Assembly: GCF_058153355.1 (NCBI RefSeq)
Contig: NZ_CM177019.1
Reading direction: 5' to 3' (one strand)
Length of the DNA stretch: 64,000 bases
The notes under the pieces were generated by a model. That model did no database searches, was not told where the DNA came from, and saw only the letters and a program-made list of their open reading frames with translations. Both the position numbers and the translations under genes were made by a program. Of the stretch, positions 43,886 through 56,112 are shown piece after piece (within the stretch, counting starts at the first letter, position 1; every line of letters starts with the position of its first letter).

Positions 43886-44800
43886 ATGATCGTTCGTCCA
43901 CAACAACACTGGCTGCGCCGTATTTTTGTCTGGCACGGTTCAGTATTATCCAAGATATCCTCACGCTTACTACTTAATTTTCTCTTTTCTACTGCCGTTA
44001 TTTTCATGCTGCCCTGGTACACGCATCTGGGTATTAAATTTACCCTCGCACCATTCAGCATTCTCGGTGTCGCCATCGCCATTTTTCTTGGTTTTCGTAA
44101 TAATGCCGGGTACGCCCGTTACGTTGAAGCGCGAAAACTTTGGGGGCAGTTGATGATTGCCTCACGGTCGTTACTGCGCGAGGTAAAAACGACATTGCCG
44201 GATTCGGCAAGTGTAAGGGAGTTTGCACGGCTGCAAATCGCCTTCGCCCACTGTTTACGCATGACATTACGCAAACAACCACAGGCGGAAGTGCTGGCAC
44301 ATTATCTCAAGACTGAAGATCTTCAGCGTGTACTGGCTTCAAACACTCCAGCTAACCGTATTTTGTTGATAATGGGGGAGTGGTTGGCGGTTCAGCGACG
44401 CAATGGACAGCTTTCAGATATCCTGTTTATTAGCCTCAACGATCGGCTTAACGATATTTCAGCGGTTCTGGCAGGCTGCGAGCGCATTGCCTACACGCCA
44501 ATTCCCTTTGCCTACACCCTGATTTTGCATCGTACCGTTTATCTGTTTTGTATCATGCTGCCGTTCGCGCTGGTCGTGGACCTGCATTACATGACGCCAT
44601 TTATCTCTGTGCTGATTTCCTACACTTTTATTTCGCTGGATTGTCTGGCGGAAGAGCTGGAAGATCCGTTCGGTACTGAAAACAATGATTTACCGCTGGA
44701 TGCCATCTGCAACGCTATTGAAATTGACCTGTTACAGATGAACGATGAAACAGAAATTCCAGCAAAAATTCTTCCCGATCGTCATTACCAGCTGACGTAA
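43886..44800 (+). CDS. yneE: Bestrophin-like membrane protein YneE
   Basis: Start trimmed to MIVRPQQHWLRRIF. Confidence 0.8.
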   Translation: MIVRPQQHWLRRIFVWHGSVLSKISSRLLLNFLFSTAVIFMLPWYTHLGIKFTLAPFSILGVAIAIFLGFRNNAGYARYVEARKLWGQLMIASRSLLREVKTTLPDSASVREFARLQIAFAHCLRMTLRKQPQAEVLAHYLKTEDLQRVLASNTPANRILLIMGEWLAVQRRNGQLSDILFISLNDRLNDISAVLAGCERIAYTPIPFAYTLILHRTVYLFCIMLPFALVVDLHYMTPFISVLISYTFISLDCLAEELEDPFGTENNDLPLDAICNAIEIDLLQMNDETEIPAKILPDRHYQLT

Positions 44801-44803
44801 TAT

Positions 44804-45562
44804 TTACTCCGTACGCCGGGCAACAATAAACAGACGCGGAAATGCCAGCAGTATCTGTCCGTTCTCTTGCAGTGGATACTGCTCTTCCAGCATCTGATGG
44901 TAGCGCGTAAGAAAATGCTGCTGTTCGCTCTCGGTCAGATCCTGTAACCACGGACGTAATCCAGTGGCGGTCACCCAGTCAATAATCGCCTGGTGCGACG
45001 GCATCTGGTGATAGTAAGTGGTTCGCCAGATATCGACCTCGCATCCGGCTTCACTCAAAATATCGTAGTAAGCATGAACGCCAGCCAGCGGCTCACGCCC
45101 GCGATCCGGGTAGTTTTGTTCCCAGGCGACTTCGCGCATGAGCACATGGGTAGGCTCCAGCCAGTTATCCGGCATTTGTACCGCCAGCACGCCCTGCGGA
45201 CTGAGTAACGAAACCAGATGAGGGAACAGTTCGTAATGGTCGGGCAGCCATTGCAGCGAGGCATTAGCAAAAATCAGATCGAGTGCCTGTTCCGGTTGCC
45301 AGTTGCGGATGTCTGCTTCCACGAACTGGCAGTCTGGCAAAGCACTGCGCGCTTCAGCAATCATCGCCGGAGACGAGTCGATGCCTGTTATCCTGGCCGC
45401 AGGCCAACGTTGATGCAGCAGGGCGGTGCTGTTACCTGGGCCACAGCCAAGATCGGCAACGTATTCGATATTCTCCAGCGGCACTCTGGCAAGCAGCTCC
45501 ACCGCCGGACGCGATCGTTCAGCGGCAAAGTGCAGATATAAAGAGGGGTTCCAGTCAGACAT
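44804..45562 (-). CDS. tam: Trans-aconitate 2-methyltransferase Tam
   Basis: SAM-binding motif [17 protein letters not shown] ribosome-binding site upstream. Confidence 0.9.
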   Translation of the reverse strand: MSDWNPSLYLHFAAERSRPAVELLARVPLENIEYVADLGCGPGNSTALLHQRWPAARITGIDSSPAMIAEARSALPDCQFVEADIRNWQPEQALDLIFANASLQWLPDHYELFPHLVSLLSPQGVLAVQMPDNWLEPTHVLMREVAWEQNYPDRGREPLAGVHAYYDILSEAGCEVDIWRTTYYHQMPSHQAIIDWVTATGLRPWLQDLTESEQQHFLTRYHQMLEEQYPLQENGQILLAFPRLFIVARRTE

Positions 45563-45650
45563 ATTTTTACTCCCGTCAGCGCGTTACCCCTAGTGTAGAT
45601 AAAACTGTTGACATCCTCCACGCCCTGAAGGACGTGGATCCCTGCTACGT

Positions 45651-46859
45651 TCAGGCTGTCGCCTGAATCATTTCGGTGGGTTCCTGCTTCAACGGGCGGC
45701 CTGACTGCACCATCCCTCCACAGGCAAGAACGGCGTGCCCCGCCGCTAAAATGTTACGAGCGCCGTTCACATCGGCGTTCGCTGTGTATCCACATACCTG
45801 GCATCTGAATTTACTTTGTGACAGACGATTTTCTTTCGCTGTATGACCACAGCACGCGCAACGCTGGCTTGTGTACGCTGGCGGAACAGCAAGCACCTGA
45901 CCACCACGCCAGAGCTGCTTGTACTCAAGCTGGCGGCGCATTTCATACCAGCCCTGATCCAGTATCGAACGGTTTAAACCTGATTTTGCCCGGACATTGC
46001 GCCCCGGCGGGCTGACCGTACCCGCTGCTGACTTTGACATGTTACTGACCTTCAAATCCTCAATGACTATCATTGCGTGGTTTTTGCTGACGGTCGTTGT
46101 GACTTTATGAAGGTAGTCCCTGCGGATATTTGCGATACGGGAATGCAGTCGCTGTATTTTGCGTTTCTGCTTCTGCCAGTTATTGCTGAATTTGACCTTG
46201 CGGCTTAACTGTCGCTGAAGTCTCGCCAGCGTCTTCTGGTTTTTCTGAAAACTGTTTACAGGCTCAAAGACTGTGCCATCTGACAGCATGGCGAGTTTAG
46301 CCACGCCAGCATCCAGCCCGATCATTGATGCTGAAGGGTGAACCGGAGTGGATACTTCACTTTCTGTCTGAATACTGATGTACCACTTACCGCAGGACTG
46401 GCTGACAGTGACATTTTTCACAACCCCCGTGACCTGACGGCTGTTCCGGTAGCGCATCCAGCCCAGTTTCGGCAGAAAAATACGGCTGTTTTCCTGATCG
46501 AGCTTAACGCCCTGCGGGTAGCGGAATGCATCATTCTGTCCCCGCGTTTTGAATCGGGGAAAAGCAGCCCGCTTCTGGAAGAAGTTTTTGTAAGCCCGCT
46601 CAAGGTCTTTCAGTGACTGTTGCAATGGCTGTGAGGGCGAATCTTTAAGCCATTGCGTTTCAGTGGCGTTTTTCCACTCAACCAGCCAGGAAGCCATTTT
46701 CCCGTAAGGGATGTATTTATTACCGGCCTCATGATTCTCATTCTGACGTGCCAGAGCACGATTGAAAACGAAACGACATGCGCCTGCGAAGCGCCTCATT
46801 TCACGCTCCTGTTGACCACCGGGTCTTAACTGGAATTTAAATGCCTGTAGTCGTTTCAC
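45651..46859 (-). CDS. tnpB: TnpB (OrfB) RNA-guided endonuclease of the IS200/IS605 family, apparently intact
   Basis: 402 aa; C-terminal zinc finger CACCGH...CQVCG and RuvC-III motif [10 protein letters not shown]. Confidence 0.85.
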   Translation of the reverse strand: MKRLQAFKFQLRPGGQQEREMRRFAGACRFVFNRALARQNENHEAGNKYIPYGKMASWLVEWKNATETQWLKDSPSQPLQQSLKDLERAYKNFFQKRAAFPRFKTRGQNDAFRYPQGVKLDQENSRIFLPKLGWMRYRNSRQVTGVVKNVTVSQSCGKWYISIQTESEVSTPVHPSASMIGLDAGVAKLAMLSDGTVFEPVNSFQKNQKTLARLQRQLSRKVKFSNNWQKQKRKIQRLHSRIANIRRDYLHKVTTTVSKNHAMIVIEDLKVSNMSKSAAGTVSPPGRNVRAKSGLNRSILDQGWYEMRRQLEYKQLWRGGQVLAVPPAYTSQRCACCGHTAKENRLSQSKFRCQVCGYTANADVNGARNILAAGHAVLACGGMVQSGRPLKQEPTEMIQATA

Positions 46860-46866
46860 AGGTCAA

Positions 46867-47340
46867 ATGATACTTTGGTCTGTGAAAAAAGAAACCGATA
46901 TCCGGCGTGGAAGGCATTGTGTTTTCCTGATGCATGTTCACCTGGTCTTTGTCCCAAATACCGACGCCAGATTTTTGACCATGACGCGACAGAAAAACTA
47001 CGCACTTACTTTTCAAATGTATGTGCTGATTTTGAAGCTGAACTGGTTGAAATGGATGGCGAACCAGATCACGTCCATTTGTTAATTAACTATCCTCCCA
47101 AACTGGCGATATCCAGTCTGGTAAACAGCCTCAAAGGCGTATCGGGTAGGTTACTGCGACGAGATCGACCAGATATTGCAGTCAGGTATTACTACAAAGG
47201 CGTTTTGTGGAGTCCTGGCTATTTTGCCAGTAGCTGCGGAGGTGCGCCAATATCCGTCATCCGCCAATACATTGAACAACAGCAAACACCTGGTCAGGTG
47301 GAAAACCGCGCCTTATATCCCCGCCCTGAAGGACGGGGTT
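46867..47340 (+). pseudogene. tnpA: IS200-type Y1 (HuH) transposase TnpA, apparently frameshifted near its N-terminus
   Basis: First beta-strand motif MHVHLVFVP lies in the ATG frame (46867) but PKYRRQIF, the HuH motif DHVHLL and the catalytic region YIEQQ continue in the +2 frame (46875, TTG). Confidence 0.55.
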
Positions 47341-47365
47341 TTACGGCGCACCGGATAAATTCGCC

Positions 47366-47656
47366 TCACGGCATCAATCCATTGAACAGACGTTTTTTAC
47401 GCGGCCCGGTCATTAAAGATTCCAGTTTTGCGACACAGGTTTTGTAGTGGGGCGTGGTTTTATGGAACGCCACTGCGTCTTCATCTTTATAGGCTTCATA
47501 GATATAAAAGCGCGAATTCACTTCCGGGTCCTGTAAGACATCGAAGCGCAAATTGCCTTCTTCCTGTACCGAGCCCAGGTGGTTCTGGCGAAAAACTTCG
47601 ATAAACTCGTCAACCTTGTCTTCATGAACGTTAATTTCAACCAGTGTGACGTGCAT
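47366..47656 (-). CDS. lsrG: AI-2 degrading protein LsrG
   Basis: 96-aa ORF; last gene of the lsr operon. Confidence 0.9.
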   Translation of the reverse strand: MHVTLVEINVHEDKVDEFIEVFRQNHLGSVQEEGNLRFDVLQDPEVNSRFYIYEAYKDEDAVAFHKTTPHYKTCVAKLESLMTGPRKKRLFNGLMP

Positions 47657-47679
47657 AATTCTTCTCCTTAAATCCGCAG

Positions 47680-48555
47680 TTACTGTTTTTCACTCAGATA
47701 GAGTTCATATGCCCGATCAGCCGTTTCGTTATGGTGTACCACCGCCTGTACGGCTTTCATCATCGCCACCGGATGGTCAGACTGGAAAATATTACGCCCC
47801 ATATCCACACCAGAAGCGCCCTGATCGATAGCCTGCCAGCACATTTCCAGCGCCTCGCGCTCCGGTAATTTTTTACCGCCAGCAATAACAATGGGTACCG
47901 GACATCCGGCAACAATCCGTTCAAAACCTTTATCGACATAATAAGTTTTGATAATCTGCGCCCCCATTTCAGCGGCGATTCGGGTAGCCAGCGAGAAATA
48001 ACGTTGGTCGCGCACCATATCTTTGCCCACGCCAGTGACTGCCATGGTCGGCATTCCTACTTTCATTCCGGCATCGACCAGCTGAATAATATTTTTAATC
48101 GACTGATGTTCATATTCACTGCCGATATAAACCTGCGCTGCCACCGCGCAACTGTTCAGGCGCACGGCGTCATCCATCGATAACGCCACGGCTTCATTAC
48201 TTAATTCCGCCAGAATAGAGTTCGCACCAGACGCCCGCAGTACTACCGGCTTATTGGTCGCCGGGGGGACTACGCTGCGCAAAATGCCGCGCGTACACAT
48301 TAATACATCGGCATGTTCAAACAGCGGGGCGATATTTATATCAATGCGTTCAAGTCCGGTAGTCGGCCCCTGAAAATAACCATGGTCAAAGGCCAGCATC
48401 ACGGTTTTACCCGTTTTCGGATTAAATATCCGTGATAAGCGTGACTGCATTCCCCAATCCAGCGCACCGCAACCTTTCAGGGTAAAAGGGATATTTTGTT
48501 GCGGTTGATCGGTGCGAAAATCTTTACCATCTTTAATATCGTCTAAATCTGCCAT
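47680..48555 (-). CDS. lsrF: Aldolase-family thiolase LsrF
   Basis: 291-aa ORF. Confidence 0.9.
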   Translation of the reverse strand: MADLDDIKDGKDFRTDQPQQNIPFTLKGCGALDWGMQSRLSRIFNPKTGKTVMLAFDHGYFQGPTTGLERIDINIAPLFEHADVLMCTRGILRSVVPPATNKPVVLRASGANSILAELSNEAVALSMDDAVRLNSCAVAAQVYIGSEYEHQSIKNIIQLVDAGMKVGMPTMAVTGVGKDMVRDQRYFSLATRIAAEMGAQIIKTYYVDKGFERIVAGCPVPIVIAGGKKLPEREALEMCWQAIDQGASGVDMGRNIFQSDHPVAMMKAVQAVVHHNETADRAYELYLSEKQ

Positions 48556-48581
48556 AACGTACTCCGGTTAAGTAATGCACA

Positions 48582-49604
48582 TCAGAAATCGTATTTGCCG
48601 ATATTCTCTTTGTTGAATATCACGCGCTCCGGTAACAGTACGATGCCATTACCATCCGCTTCGTAGTCATAGCCCTGAACGCTGTTTGGCGAGACTTCAA
48701 CCTGACCTACGCCCTGAATATTCAGCTTGTCGCCCGTTTTCATTGATCCTTTTTTCAATAATGCATCCGCGACATAAACTGAAATTTTGCCTTGCTGAAC
48801 CACATCCCACAGGCCAAATTCTTTCACCGTGCCGCGCTCTACATACGGACGCATCACGTTTGGCGTACTGAATCCGACAATCGCAACTTTGTCATTTTTC
48901 AGGTTTTCTGCGGCTTGTGCGGCAGCGGGCAGGGCGTTGGCGTCCGGGGCGATAATGGCGTCGAGATCGCTATAGGCTTTTAATATTCCTTCTGCGGTTT
49001 GTAACGATTTAGTGGCATCGTTATAGCCAAACTGCGTAGTGACAATTTCCCAGCCTGGATGGTCTTTGGCGATTTTCGCTTTCGCCTCTTTCACCCACTG
49101 GTTTTGGTCCATAACGGTGGGGCTTGAGTAGAAAAACGCGACTTTGGCTTTGTCTTTATTCACCTGACGCGCCGCCATATCCACCAACATACCTCCCAAC
49201 TGGGCGGGCGTTCCCTGATTAATGTAGTAAGAGCGGCACTCCGGTTTGGTATCAGAGTCCCAGGTCAGCACTCTCACGCCACGTTGCATGGCGCGTTTCA
49301 GTGCCGGACACAAGCCATCAGGCGAAACCGCAGAAACGATAATGGCGTTATACCCCTGATTGACGAAGTTATTAATCAACTGTACCTGACCAGAAACACT
49401 GGGTTCTGTCGGCCCGTCGTAGGTCACATCAACGCCCAGCTCTTTACCCGCTTGTTGTGCGCCGTTGCCACCGCTGGTAAAAAATCCCACGCCAACCAGT
49501 TTGGGAATAAAAGCAATACGCTCTGCGGCCTGCACATTCATAGAGATTGCGGCAATGCCAAGAGCGCTAAGTAAGGCGATTTTCTTAAAGCGATGAAGTG
49601 TCAT
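48582..49604 (-). CDS. lsrB: AI-2 periplasmic binding protein LsrB
   Basis: 340 aa with signal peptide. Confidence 0.9.
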   Translation of the reverse strand: MTLHRFKKIALLSALGIAAISMNVQAAERIAFIPKLVGVGFFTSGGNGAQQAGKELGVDVTYDGPTEPSVSGQVQLINNFVNQGYNAIIVSAVSPDGLCPALKRAMQRGVRVLTWDSDTKPECRSYYINQGTPAQLGGMLVDMAARQVNKDKAKVAFFYSSPTVMDQNQWVKEAKAKIAKDHPGWEIVTTQFGYNDATKSLQTAEGILKAYSDLDAIIAPDANALPAAAQAAENLKNDKVAIVGFSTPNVMRPYVERGTVKEFGLWDVVQQGKISVYVADALLKKGSMKTGDKLNIQGVGQVEVSPNSVQGYDYEADGNGIVLLPERVIFNKENIGKYDF

Positions 49605-49615
49605 GAAGATATCCT

Positions 49616-50608
49616 TTATGGCAATGGGTTATTGGCCCGACGCGCCAGCCACTCTTTAATTTGCTGGCGATGCAGGCTAACGGAACGACCTACGACAACG
49701 ACGATAAGCAGCGCACCGGAAAGGGCGCTGGACACCTGATTTGGCACTCCTGCCATTTGCAAACCTTGTTGCAAATATCCCACTAGTAAAACCGCAATGG
49801 CGGTGCCGATAATGGAACCGGAACCACCATAAATATTGGCACCGCCAAGCACCACGGCGGTGATGGCGGGCATCAGAAACGACGCACCGAGATCGGAACG
49901 TGCTGAACCAAAATACGATACCAGCAGCACAGCGGCGACCGCAGACGCCAGCCCCGTCATGGCATAGAGCGCACATAAGGTGCGGTTAACTTTAATCGCG
50001 CTATAAAGCGCCACGCGCGGGCTTTGCCCAATCAAAAACACATTACGTCCGGCATGGGTTTTATGCAGCCAGAGCCAGAAAACGAGGAGACATATCAGAA
50101 AGATAATCAGCGGAACGGGGAGTCCCAGCACATCCAGGTTAGCGAAATCTGTAAACGCCATCGGGAATCCACCAATACCTTCGTACCCCGTCGCTCCGGC
50201 CATCCCGGAAAGCAGCAGAGCGCTTCCGGCAAACAGATACAGCGTGCCAAGCGTAATCACCAGCGGGTTAACTTTGGTATAGATAATTAATCCGGCGTTA
50301 ATCAGCCCGCACAATGCGCCGAGCAGAAAGGTCAGAAGAATCGCCAGCGGCATCGGCACGCCGCTTTGAAACAGTACGCCTAATGCAATGGCGCACAAGC
50401 CGATGGTCGAGCCAAACGAAATATCGATCCCGCCACTGACAATCACCATCGTCAGCGGTAGGGCGACAATGCCAATGCAGATAAAGTCACTGGTGCTGAA
50501 CAGCAACATATTGAGATCTAACATCCGCGGGTTAATTGCACCAAATGCGACAATCTCAATCACGAGCAGTGCGGCAAGAGCTAGTTCCCAACCGTAGCGA
50601 ATACGCAT
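49616..50608 (-). CDS. lsrD: AI-2 ABC transporter permease LsrD
   Basis: 330-aa polytopic ORF. Confidence 0.9.
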   Translation of the reverse strand: MRIRYGWELALAALLVIEIVAFGAINPRMLDLNMLLFSTSDFICIGIVALPLTMVIVSGGIDISFGSTIGLCAIALGVLFQSGVPMPLAILLTFLLGALCGLINAGLIIYTKVNPLVITLGTLYLFAGSALLLSGMAGATGYEGIGGFPMAFTDFANLDVLGLPVPLIIFLICLLVFWLWLHKTHAGRNVFLIGQSPRVALYSAIKVNRTLCALYAMTGLASAVAAVLLVSYFGSARSDLGASFLMPAITAVVLGGANIYGGSGSIIGTAIAVLLVGYLQQGLQMAGVPNQVSSALSGALLIVVVVGRSVSLHRQQIKEWLARRANNPLP

Positions 50609-51636
50609 TACGCGACCTCCCGTTTTTTACCTGACGAAGCGGGTTTAACGGATGGCGGTGGCGTCATAAAGCGGGCATATTTTTGCCGCCGTAGATTACG
50701 TTCCAGCGCACAACGCAGGCGTCCATCAAACACCAGCACCGCCAGCAGAACTAGGCCCGCGATAAAATCATTCCACCATGCCGGAATGCGCAACAGCACC
50801 AGTACACTATCGATCTGCGTCAGGAACCATGCGCCGAGTACCGCACCGATGATCGCACCGGAACCGCCGAGCAAACTAATACCGCCCAGCACGCAGGCTG
50901 CAATCGCTTTCATCTCCAGCCCGGTACCGGTCTGGTTGGGAATAAAACCGATCTGCGAAGCAAACACAATCCCCGCCAGTGCCGCCATGCAGCCGTTCAA
51001 CGAAAATGCCACAATCCTAATGGCTTCCGTACGAACGCCCAGTTGACGAGCGCCCTGCAAATTATCGCCCGTGGCATAAAAACTGCGTCCAAACGCCGTC
51101 TTCGCCAGCAGCCAGGCCATAAATGCCACCAGAATTATCGTCAACCAACCAATTGCTGAAACGCCAAACAGCAGCGGGGCGGAGAGTTGTTTCAGTTCGG
51201 CGGGTAACCCCTCAATCCATTTACCGCCAGTCCACAGCAACATGATGCCCCTGTACAATCCTAATGTACCGAGCGTGGCAACAATGGCAGGGATCTTTAG
51301 CCACGCGACCAGGACACCGTTGAAAAATCCCGCGAGCAAACCAAGCAGTAAAGTCGCGACACAAGCAACAGGTAGTGAATACCCCGCGTTCAGTAACATT
51401 CCCAACAGCACTGCGCACATTCCGGTAATCGAACCTACCGAAACATCGATATTGCGCGTGAGCATCACCAGCGTCGCGCCCATTGCCAGCAGGATCAGGA
51501 TTTGCGCGCTGCTATAAACCATGGTCAGCGTTTGCATACTTAAATACTGGCGGTCGAGAAAACCGGGTAATACAAACAGCAACACCACCGCCAGCAGTGC
51601 CGTGATTTCACGGTTGTTCTGGATAAACTTCAGCAT
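50608..51636 (-). CDS. lsrC: AI-2 ABC transporter permease LsrC
   Basis: 342-aa polytopic ORF. Confidence 0.9.
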   Translation of the reverse strand: MLKFIQNNREITALLAVVLLFVLPGFLDRQYLSMQTLTMVYSSAQILILLAMGATLVMLTRNIDVSVGSITGMCAVLLGMLLNAGYSLPVACVATLLLGLLAGFFNGVLVAWLKIPAIVATLGTLGLYRGIMLLWTGGKWIEGLPAELKQLSAPLLFGVSAIGWLTIILVAFMAWLLAKTAFGRSFYATGDNLQGARQLGVRTEAIRIVAFSLNGCMAALAGIVFASQIGFIPNQTGTGLEMKAIAACVLGGISLLGGSGAIIGAVLGAWFLTQIDSVLVLLRIPAWWNDFIAGLVLLAVLVFDGRLRCALERNLRRQKYARFMTPPPSVKPASSGKKREVA

Positions 51637-53165
51637 GATGCCTCCTGACGCTGACTATCGCCGAAGGCAACGCGCATAATGGTCTCGACATTAATATCGC
51701 GTCCGGTCAGTGCAGAGTGGGCAATTTCGCCCTGATGCATCACATATACGCGATCTGCCATCAGTTCGATCTCTTCCAGATCAGAGGAGATAAGCAGCAC
51801 AGCTACATTTTGTGCGGCGATGCTGCGCAACAGCTGGTAGATATCATTACGGGCCGAGACATCCACGCCGCGCGTCGGCTCATCGACAATCAAAACTTGC
51901 GGCGAAGCTTCCAGACATTTGGCAATCAGGATTTTTTGCTGGTTGCCGCCGGATAAGGTCCGCGCAGCTTGTTCCGGTTGGTTAAATTTAATATTCAGAG
52001 CCCGACGATAACGTTCCAGTGTGGCGTTATCTTTCGCGGTTTTCGCCCAGAATCCACGAAGGTTGTGGGTCAGGGCGCAAACGTTCCAGGCCAGCGAAGC
52101 ATCGAGATTCAGTCCGGATGACTGGCGATCTTCCGGCAGATAAACCAGACCGCGCAGTAAACGTTCTCCAGTGTATAATCTATTGATCTCTTTACCATTC
52201 AGCATAATGCGTCCGCCACGCAAAGTACGCAGACCATAGAGCGTCTCGGCCAGTTCTGTGCGTCCGGCCCCCACCAGCCCAGCCAGACCCAGAATTTCTC
52301 CGGCATTAAGCGTCAAGCTGACATTCATAAAACCTTCGCCGGTCAGGTTTTCCAGTGTCAGCACCGGCGTTCCGGCGGCATGTTGTGGTCGGTTGCCAGG
52401 TAACTCCAGCCATAATTTTTGGCTGGCAGAGAGCGATTTTTCCCGTAGCGCTGGCGTGATGGCCTGAATAATGTCGTCGGTAGACAGTTCGCTGGTTTTG
52501 CCGCTTAAGGCGATGGTTCCGTCGCGCATCACGCTAATTCGATCGGCAATCTGGCGAATTTCCGGCAGCTTATGCGAGATAAAAACAATACCCACGCCAG
52601 TAGCAAGCAACTCTTGCAAGCGACTAAACAAACGTTCGGTTTCGGCGGGGGTAAGCGAGGCGGTAGGTTCATCGAGGATCAGAATCCGCGAGTCGCGCAT
52701 CAGCCCGCGGAGGATTTCCACCATTTGGCGATCGGCGACATCCAGCGATCCTGCCAGACTATGCAGATCAAACTGGCAGCCCAGCGCCGCCAGCAAGTTC
52801 TTCAGTTTCTGCATGGAGAGCTGTTTTTTTGCTAGCCCAAACAGAATGTTTTCTTTTATCGACAGGCTTGGGAAAAGCAGCGGTTCCTGGGGAACGAGAT
52901 AAATACCCAACTGATGAGCATGAACTGGCGTTAATCTGGTGTAGTTGTTGCCTCCAATCTCCAGCGTACCGCTATCAGCAGGGGTAATACCGGCAATGAT
53001 CTTCATTAACGTCGATTTACCGGCACCATTGCCGCCAAGCAGGGCGTGGACTTCCCCCTGATGCAACGTAAAATCGATGCCTTTCAGGACATTAACCCCT
53101 GAATACTGTTTATAAACCGAGCGGGCGCAAAGTAGCGGTAACGCGCGGATATCACTCGTTAGCAT
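51630..53165 (-). CDS. lsrA: AI-2 ABC transporter ATPase LsrA (two ABC domains)
   Basis: Walker [10 protein letters not shown]; start trimmed to [12 protein letters not shown]. Confidence 0.85.
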   Translation of the reverse strand: MLTSDIRALPLLCARSVYKQYSGVNVLKGIDFTLHQGEVHALLGGNGAGKSTLMKIIAGITPADSGTLEIGGNNYTRLTPVHAHQLGIYLVPQEPLLFPSLSIKENILFGLAKKQLSMQKLKNLLAALGCQFDLHSLAGSLDVADRQMVEILRGLMRDSRILILDEPTASLTPAETERLFSRLQELLATGVGIVFISHKLPEIRQIADRISVMRDGTIALSGKTSELSTDDIIQAITPALREKSLSASQKLWLELPGNRPQHAAGTPVLTLENLTGEGFMNVSLTLNAGEILGLAGLVGAGRTELAETLYGLRTLRGGRIMLNGKEINRLYTGERLLRGLVYLPEDRQSSGLNLDASLAWNVCALTHNLRGFWAKTAKDNATLERYRRALNIKFNQPEQAARTLSGGNQQKILIAKCLEASPQVLIVDEPTRGVDVSARNDIYQLLRSIAAQNVAVLLISSDLEEIELMADRVYVMHQGEIAHSALTGRDINVETIMRVAFGDSQRQEASC

Positions 53166-53414
53166 GTTTCCCCCGTTCAGTTTTGCAGGTGAGTTTTGAA
53201 CAAATGTATTTCTGCTTTCAATTTGTTCATAAACCTTAGGTGGACATTGCACATATTTCCGACGAATAGATCACAATTTATGCTATTTTGATTTTCACGG
53301 TTGCGTTTGTTCATGCTCGTAGAGTCAAACTGTGGTTGCTATCACAGATATAAATGCGCAAGAACTGAACAATTGCATTAAAGATTTAAATATGTTCAAA
53401 GTGAAGAATGAATT
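53166..53414. promoter_or_regulatory. Divergent lsrA/lsrR promoter-operator region
   Basis: AT-rich intergenic region between divergent lsr operons; individual sites not resolved by eye. Confidence 0.5.
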
Positions 53415-54368
53415 ATGACAATCAACGATTCGGCAATTTCAGAACAGGGAATGTGTGAAGAAGAACAGGTCGCGCGGATCGCGTGGTTTTACTATCACGA
53501 CGGGCTGACCCAGAGCGAGATCAGCGAGCGTCTCGGGCTGACTCGCTTGAAAGTGTCGCGATTACTGGAAAAAGGGCATCAGTCCGGCATTATTCGCGTG
53601 CAGATTAATTCTCGCTTTGAAGGCTGTCTGGAATATGAAACTCAATTACGTTGTCAGTTTTCGCTGCAACATGTCCGGGTGATCCCTGGGCTTGCGGATG
53701 CTGATGTCGGCGGGCGACTAGGGATAGGCGCGGCGCATATGTTGATGAGTTTACTTCAACCACAACAGATGCTGGCGATTGGTTTTGGCGAGGCAACCAT
53801 GAATACGCTGCAACGCTTAAGTGGTTTTATTTCGTCGCAGCAAATTCGCCTGGTCACGCTCTCCGGTGGCGTCGGTTCTTATATGACGGGTATCGGGCAG
53901 CTTAATGCGGCGTGCAGTGTGAATATTATTCCGGCTCCGCTGCGGGCATCCTCCGCTGACATTGCCCATACGCTAAAAAATGAAAATTGCGTCAAAGATG
54001 TTCTGTTAGCCGCACAAGCTGCGGATGTGGCGATTGTCGGCATTGGGGCCGTGAGTCAACAAGACGACGCGACGATCATTCGCTCCGGTTACATCAGTCA
54101 GGGCGAACAGTTAATGATTGGTCGAAAAGGGGCGGTTGGCGACATCTTAGGCTACTTTTTTGATGCAAAAGGTGACGTTGTCACGGATATCAAAATACAT
54201 AACGAACTGATTGGCTTACCTTTAAGCGCGCTGAAGACCATTCCCGTCCGGGTTGGCGTGGCAGGGGGAGAAAATAAAGCCGAAGCCATTGCCGCTGCAA
54301 TTAAAGGCGGCTATATCAACGCACTGGTTACCGATCAGGACACAGCAGCGGCGATTTTACGTAGTTAA
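53415..54368 (+). CDS. lsrR: SorC-family repressor LsrR
   Basis: 317-aa ORF. Confidence 0.9.
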   Translation: MTINDSAISEQGMCEEEQVARIAWFYYHDGLTQSEISERLGLTRLKVSRLLEKGHQSGIIRVQINSRFEGCLEYETQLRCQFSLQHVRVIPGLADADVGGRLGIGAAHMLMSLLQPQQMLAIGFGEATMNTLQRLSGFISSQQIRLVTLSGGVGSYMTGIGQLNAACSVNIIPAPLRASSADIAHTLKNENCVKDVLLAAQAADVAIVGIGAVSQQDDATIIRSGYISQGEQLMIGRKGAVGDILGYFFDAKGDVVTDIKIHNELIGLPLSALKTIPVRVGVAGGENKAEAIAAAIKGGYINALVTDQDTAAAILRS

Positions 54369-54446
54369 ATTTGCATGACCTTATTACCGGGAATGATGGA
54401 GAACGTATAGAGGAACAGACAGAACGCATAAGCCGAGGATAATCTA

Positions 54447-56039
54447 ATGGCTCGACTCTTTACCCCTTCAGAATCAAAGTACTACCTGATGGCGCTGGAT
54501 GCAGGCACCGGAAGTATTCGGGCTGTGATATTCGACCTGGAAGGCAATCAAATAGCAGTGGGACAGGCGGAGTGGCGGCATCTGGCAGTACCGGACGTTC
54601 CTGGTTCTATGGAATTTGATCTCAACAAAAACTGGCAACTGGCGTGTGAGTGTATGCGCCAAGCGCTGCACAACGCCGGCATAGCCCCGGAGTATATCGC
54701 TGCCGTTTCGGCATGTTCGATGCGCGAAGGCATTGTTTTATATAACAATGAAGGAACACCGATCTGGGCCTGCGCCAATGTGGATGCCAGAGCGGCGCGC
54801 GAAGTTAGCGAACTTAAAGAACTGCACAACAATACCTTTGAAAACGAAGTTTATCGCGCCACCGGACAAACGCTGGCTTTAAGCGCTATTCCCAGATTAC
54901 TTTGGCTGGCGCACCATCGTTCTGATATCTACCGACAGGCGTCGACCATCACCATGATCAGCGACTGGCTGGCCTATATGCTCAGCGGTGAACTTGCGGT
55001 GGATCCCTCTAACGCTGGCACCACGGGACTTCTTGATCTAACCACCCGTGACTGGAAACCTGCATTGCTGGATATGGCCGGACTGCGGGCCGATATTCTT
55101 TCTCCTGTCAAAGAAACCGGCACATTGCTGGGCGTGGTAAGTTCACAAGCGGCGGAACTCTGCGGTCTGAAGGCGGGCACTCCGGTGGTCGTTGGAGGAG
55201 GCGACGTGCAACTTGGTTGCCTGGGGTTAGGCGTTGTCCGTCCGGCACAAACCGCTGTTCTTGGCGGTACATTCTGGCAGCAAGTTGTAAACTTAGCCGC
55301 GCCGGTGACAGACCCAGAAATGAACGTGCGCGTTAATCCTCATGTTATTCCTGGCATGGTACAAGCTGAATCTATAAGCTTTTTTACCGGACTCACCATG
55401 CGCTGGTTCCGCGATGCTTTCTGTGCCGAAGAAAAACTGATTGCCGAACGTTTAGGCATCGACACCTATACGTTGCTTGAAGAGATGGCAAGTCGTGTGC
55501 CGCCTGGGTCGTGGGGCGTAATGCCGATATTCTCCGACAGAATGCGCTTTAAAACCTGGTATCACGCTGCGCCTTCATTTATTAATTTGTCTATTGATCC
55601 GGATAAATGTAACAAAGCGACATTGTTCCGTGCGCTGGAAGAAAATGCGGCGATTGTATCAGCGTGTAACTTGCAGCAAATTGCTGATTTTTCGAATATT
55701 CATCCCACATCGTTGGTCTTTGCCGGCGGAGGTTCAAAAGGGAAATTATGGAGTCAAATTCTCGCTGATGTCTCGGGATTACCCGTCAATATTCCGGTGG
55801 TCAAAGAAGCCACCGCATTAGGATGTGCCATTGCAGCTGGCGTCGGTGCCGGAATTTTTTCATCAATGGCAGAAACCGGAGAACGCCTGGTTCGCTGGGA
55901 ACGGACGCACACACCAGACCCGGAAAAGCATGAACTTTATCAGGATTCACGCGATAAGTGGCAGGCTGTTTATCAGGATCAGCTGGGGCTGGTTGATCAT
56001 GGACTGACGACGTCGTTATGGAAAGCGCCTGGGTTATAG
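54447..56039 (+). CDS. lsrK: AI-2 kinase LsrK (FGGY family)
   Basis: 530-aa ORF. Confidence 0.9.
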   Translation: MARLFTPSESKYYLMALDAGTGSIRAVIFDLEGNQIAVGQAEWRHLAVPDVPGSMEFDLNKNWQLACECMRQALHNAGIAPEYIAAVSACSMREGIVLYNNEGTPIWACANVDARAAREVSELKELHNNTFENEVYRATGQTLALSAIPRLLWLAHHRSDIYRQASTITMISDWLAYMLSGELAVDPSNAGTTGLLDLTTRDWKPALLDMAGLRADILSPVKETGTLLGVVSSQAAELCGLKAGTPVVVGGGDVQLGCLGLGVVRPAQTAVLGGTFWQQVVNLAAPVTDPEMNVRVNPHVIPGMVQAESISFFTGLTMRWFRDAFCAEEKLIAERLGIDTYTLLEEMASRVPPGSWGVMPIFSDRMRFKTWYHAAPSFINLSIDPDKCNKATLFRALEENAAIVSACNLQQIADFSNIHPTSLVFAGGGSKGKLWSQILADVSGLPVNIPVVKEATALGCAIAAGVGAGIFSSMAETGERLVRWERTHTPDPEKHELYQDSRDKWQAVYQDQLGLVDHGLTTSLWKAPGL

Positions 56040-56047
56040 TTTCATTG

Positions 56048-56083
56048 ACAGCCACATCATGATGACCGTGGCTGTTAGTTTTT
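56048..56083 (+). terminator. Intrinsic terminator after lsrK
   Basis: 8-bp stem acagccac/gtggctgt followed by T5. Confidence 0.5.
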
Positions 56084-56112
56084 GAGTATTCTTATTTCCC
56101 TTCTTTTAGAGC

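Larger units (their letters stand above)
45590..47365 (-). mobile_element. IS200/IS605-family insertion sequence (IS605-like, divergent tnpA/tnpB) in the tam-lsrG intergenic region; boundaries approximate
   Basis: tnpB and HuH-type tnpA genes; near-identical subterminal hairpins CC(A/C)CGCCCTGAAGGACG(T/G)GG at 45618-45637 and 47319-47338; flanking core genes are adjacent in K-12. Confidence 0.75.

Noticed and set aside
46875-47447. 190-aa ORF taken as full-length TnpA
   Set aside because: The TTG-initiated frame lacks the conserved N-terminal strand, reads through the IS terminal hairpin (47319-47338) and into the lsrG 3' end; the true product is shorter and probably frameshifted.
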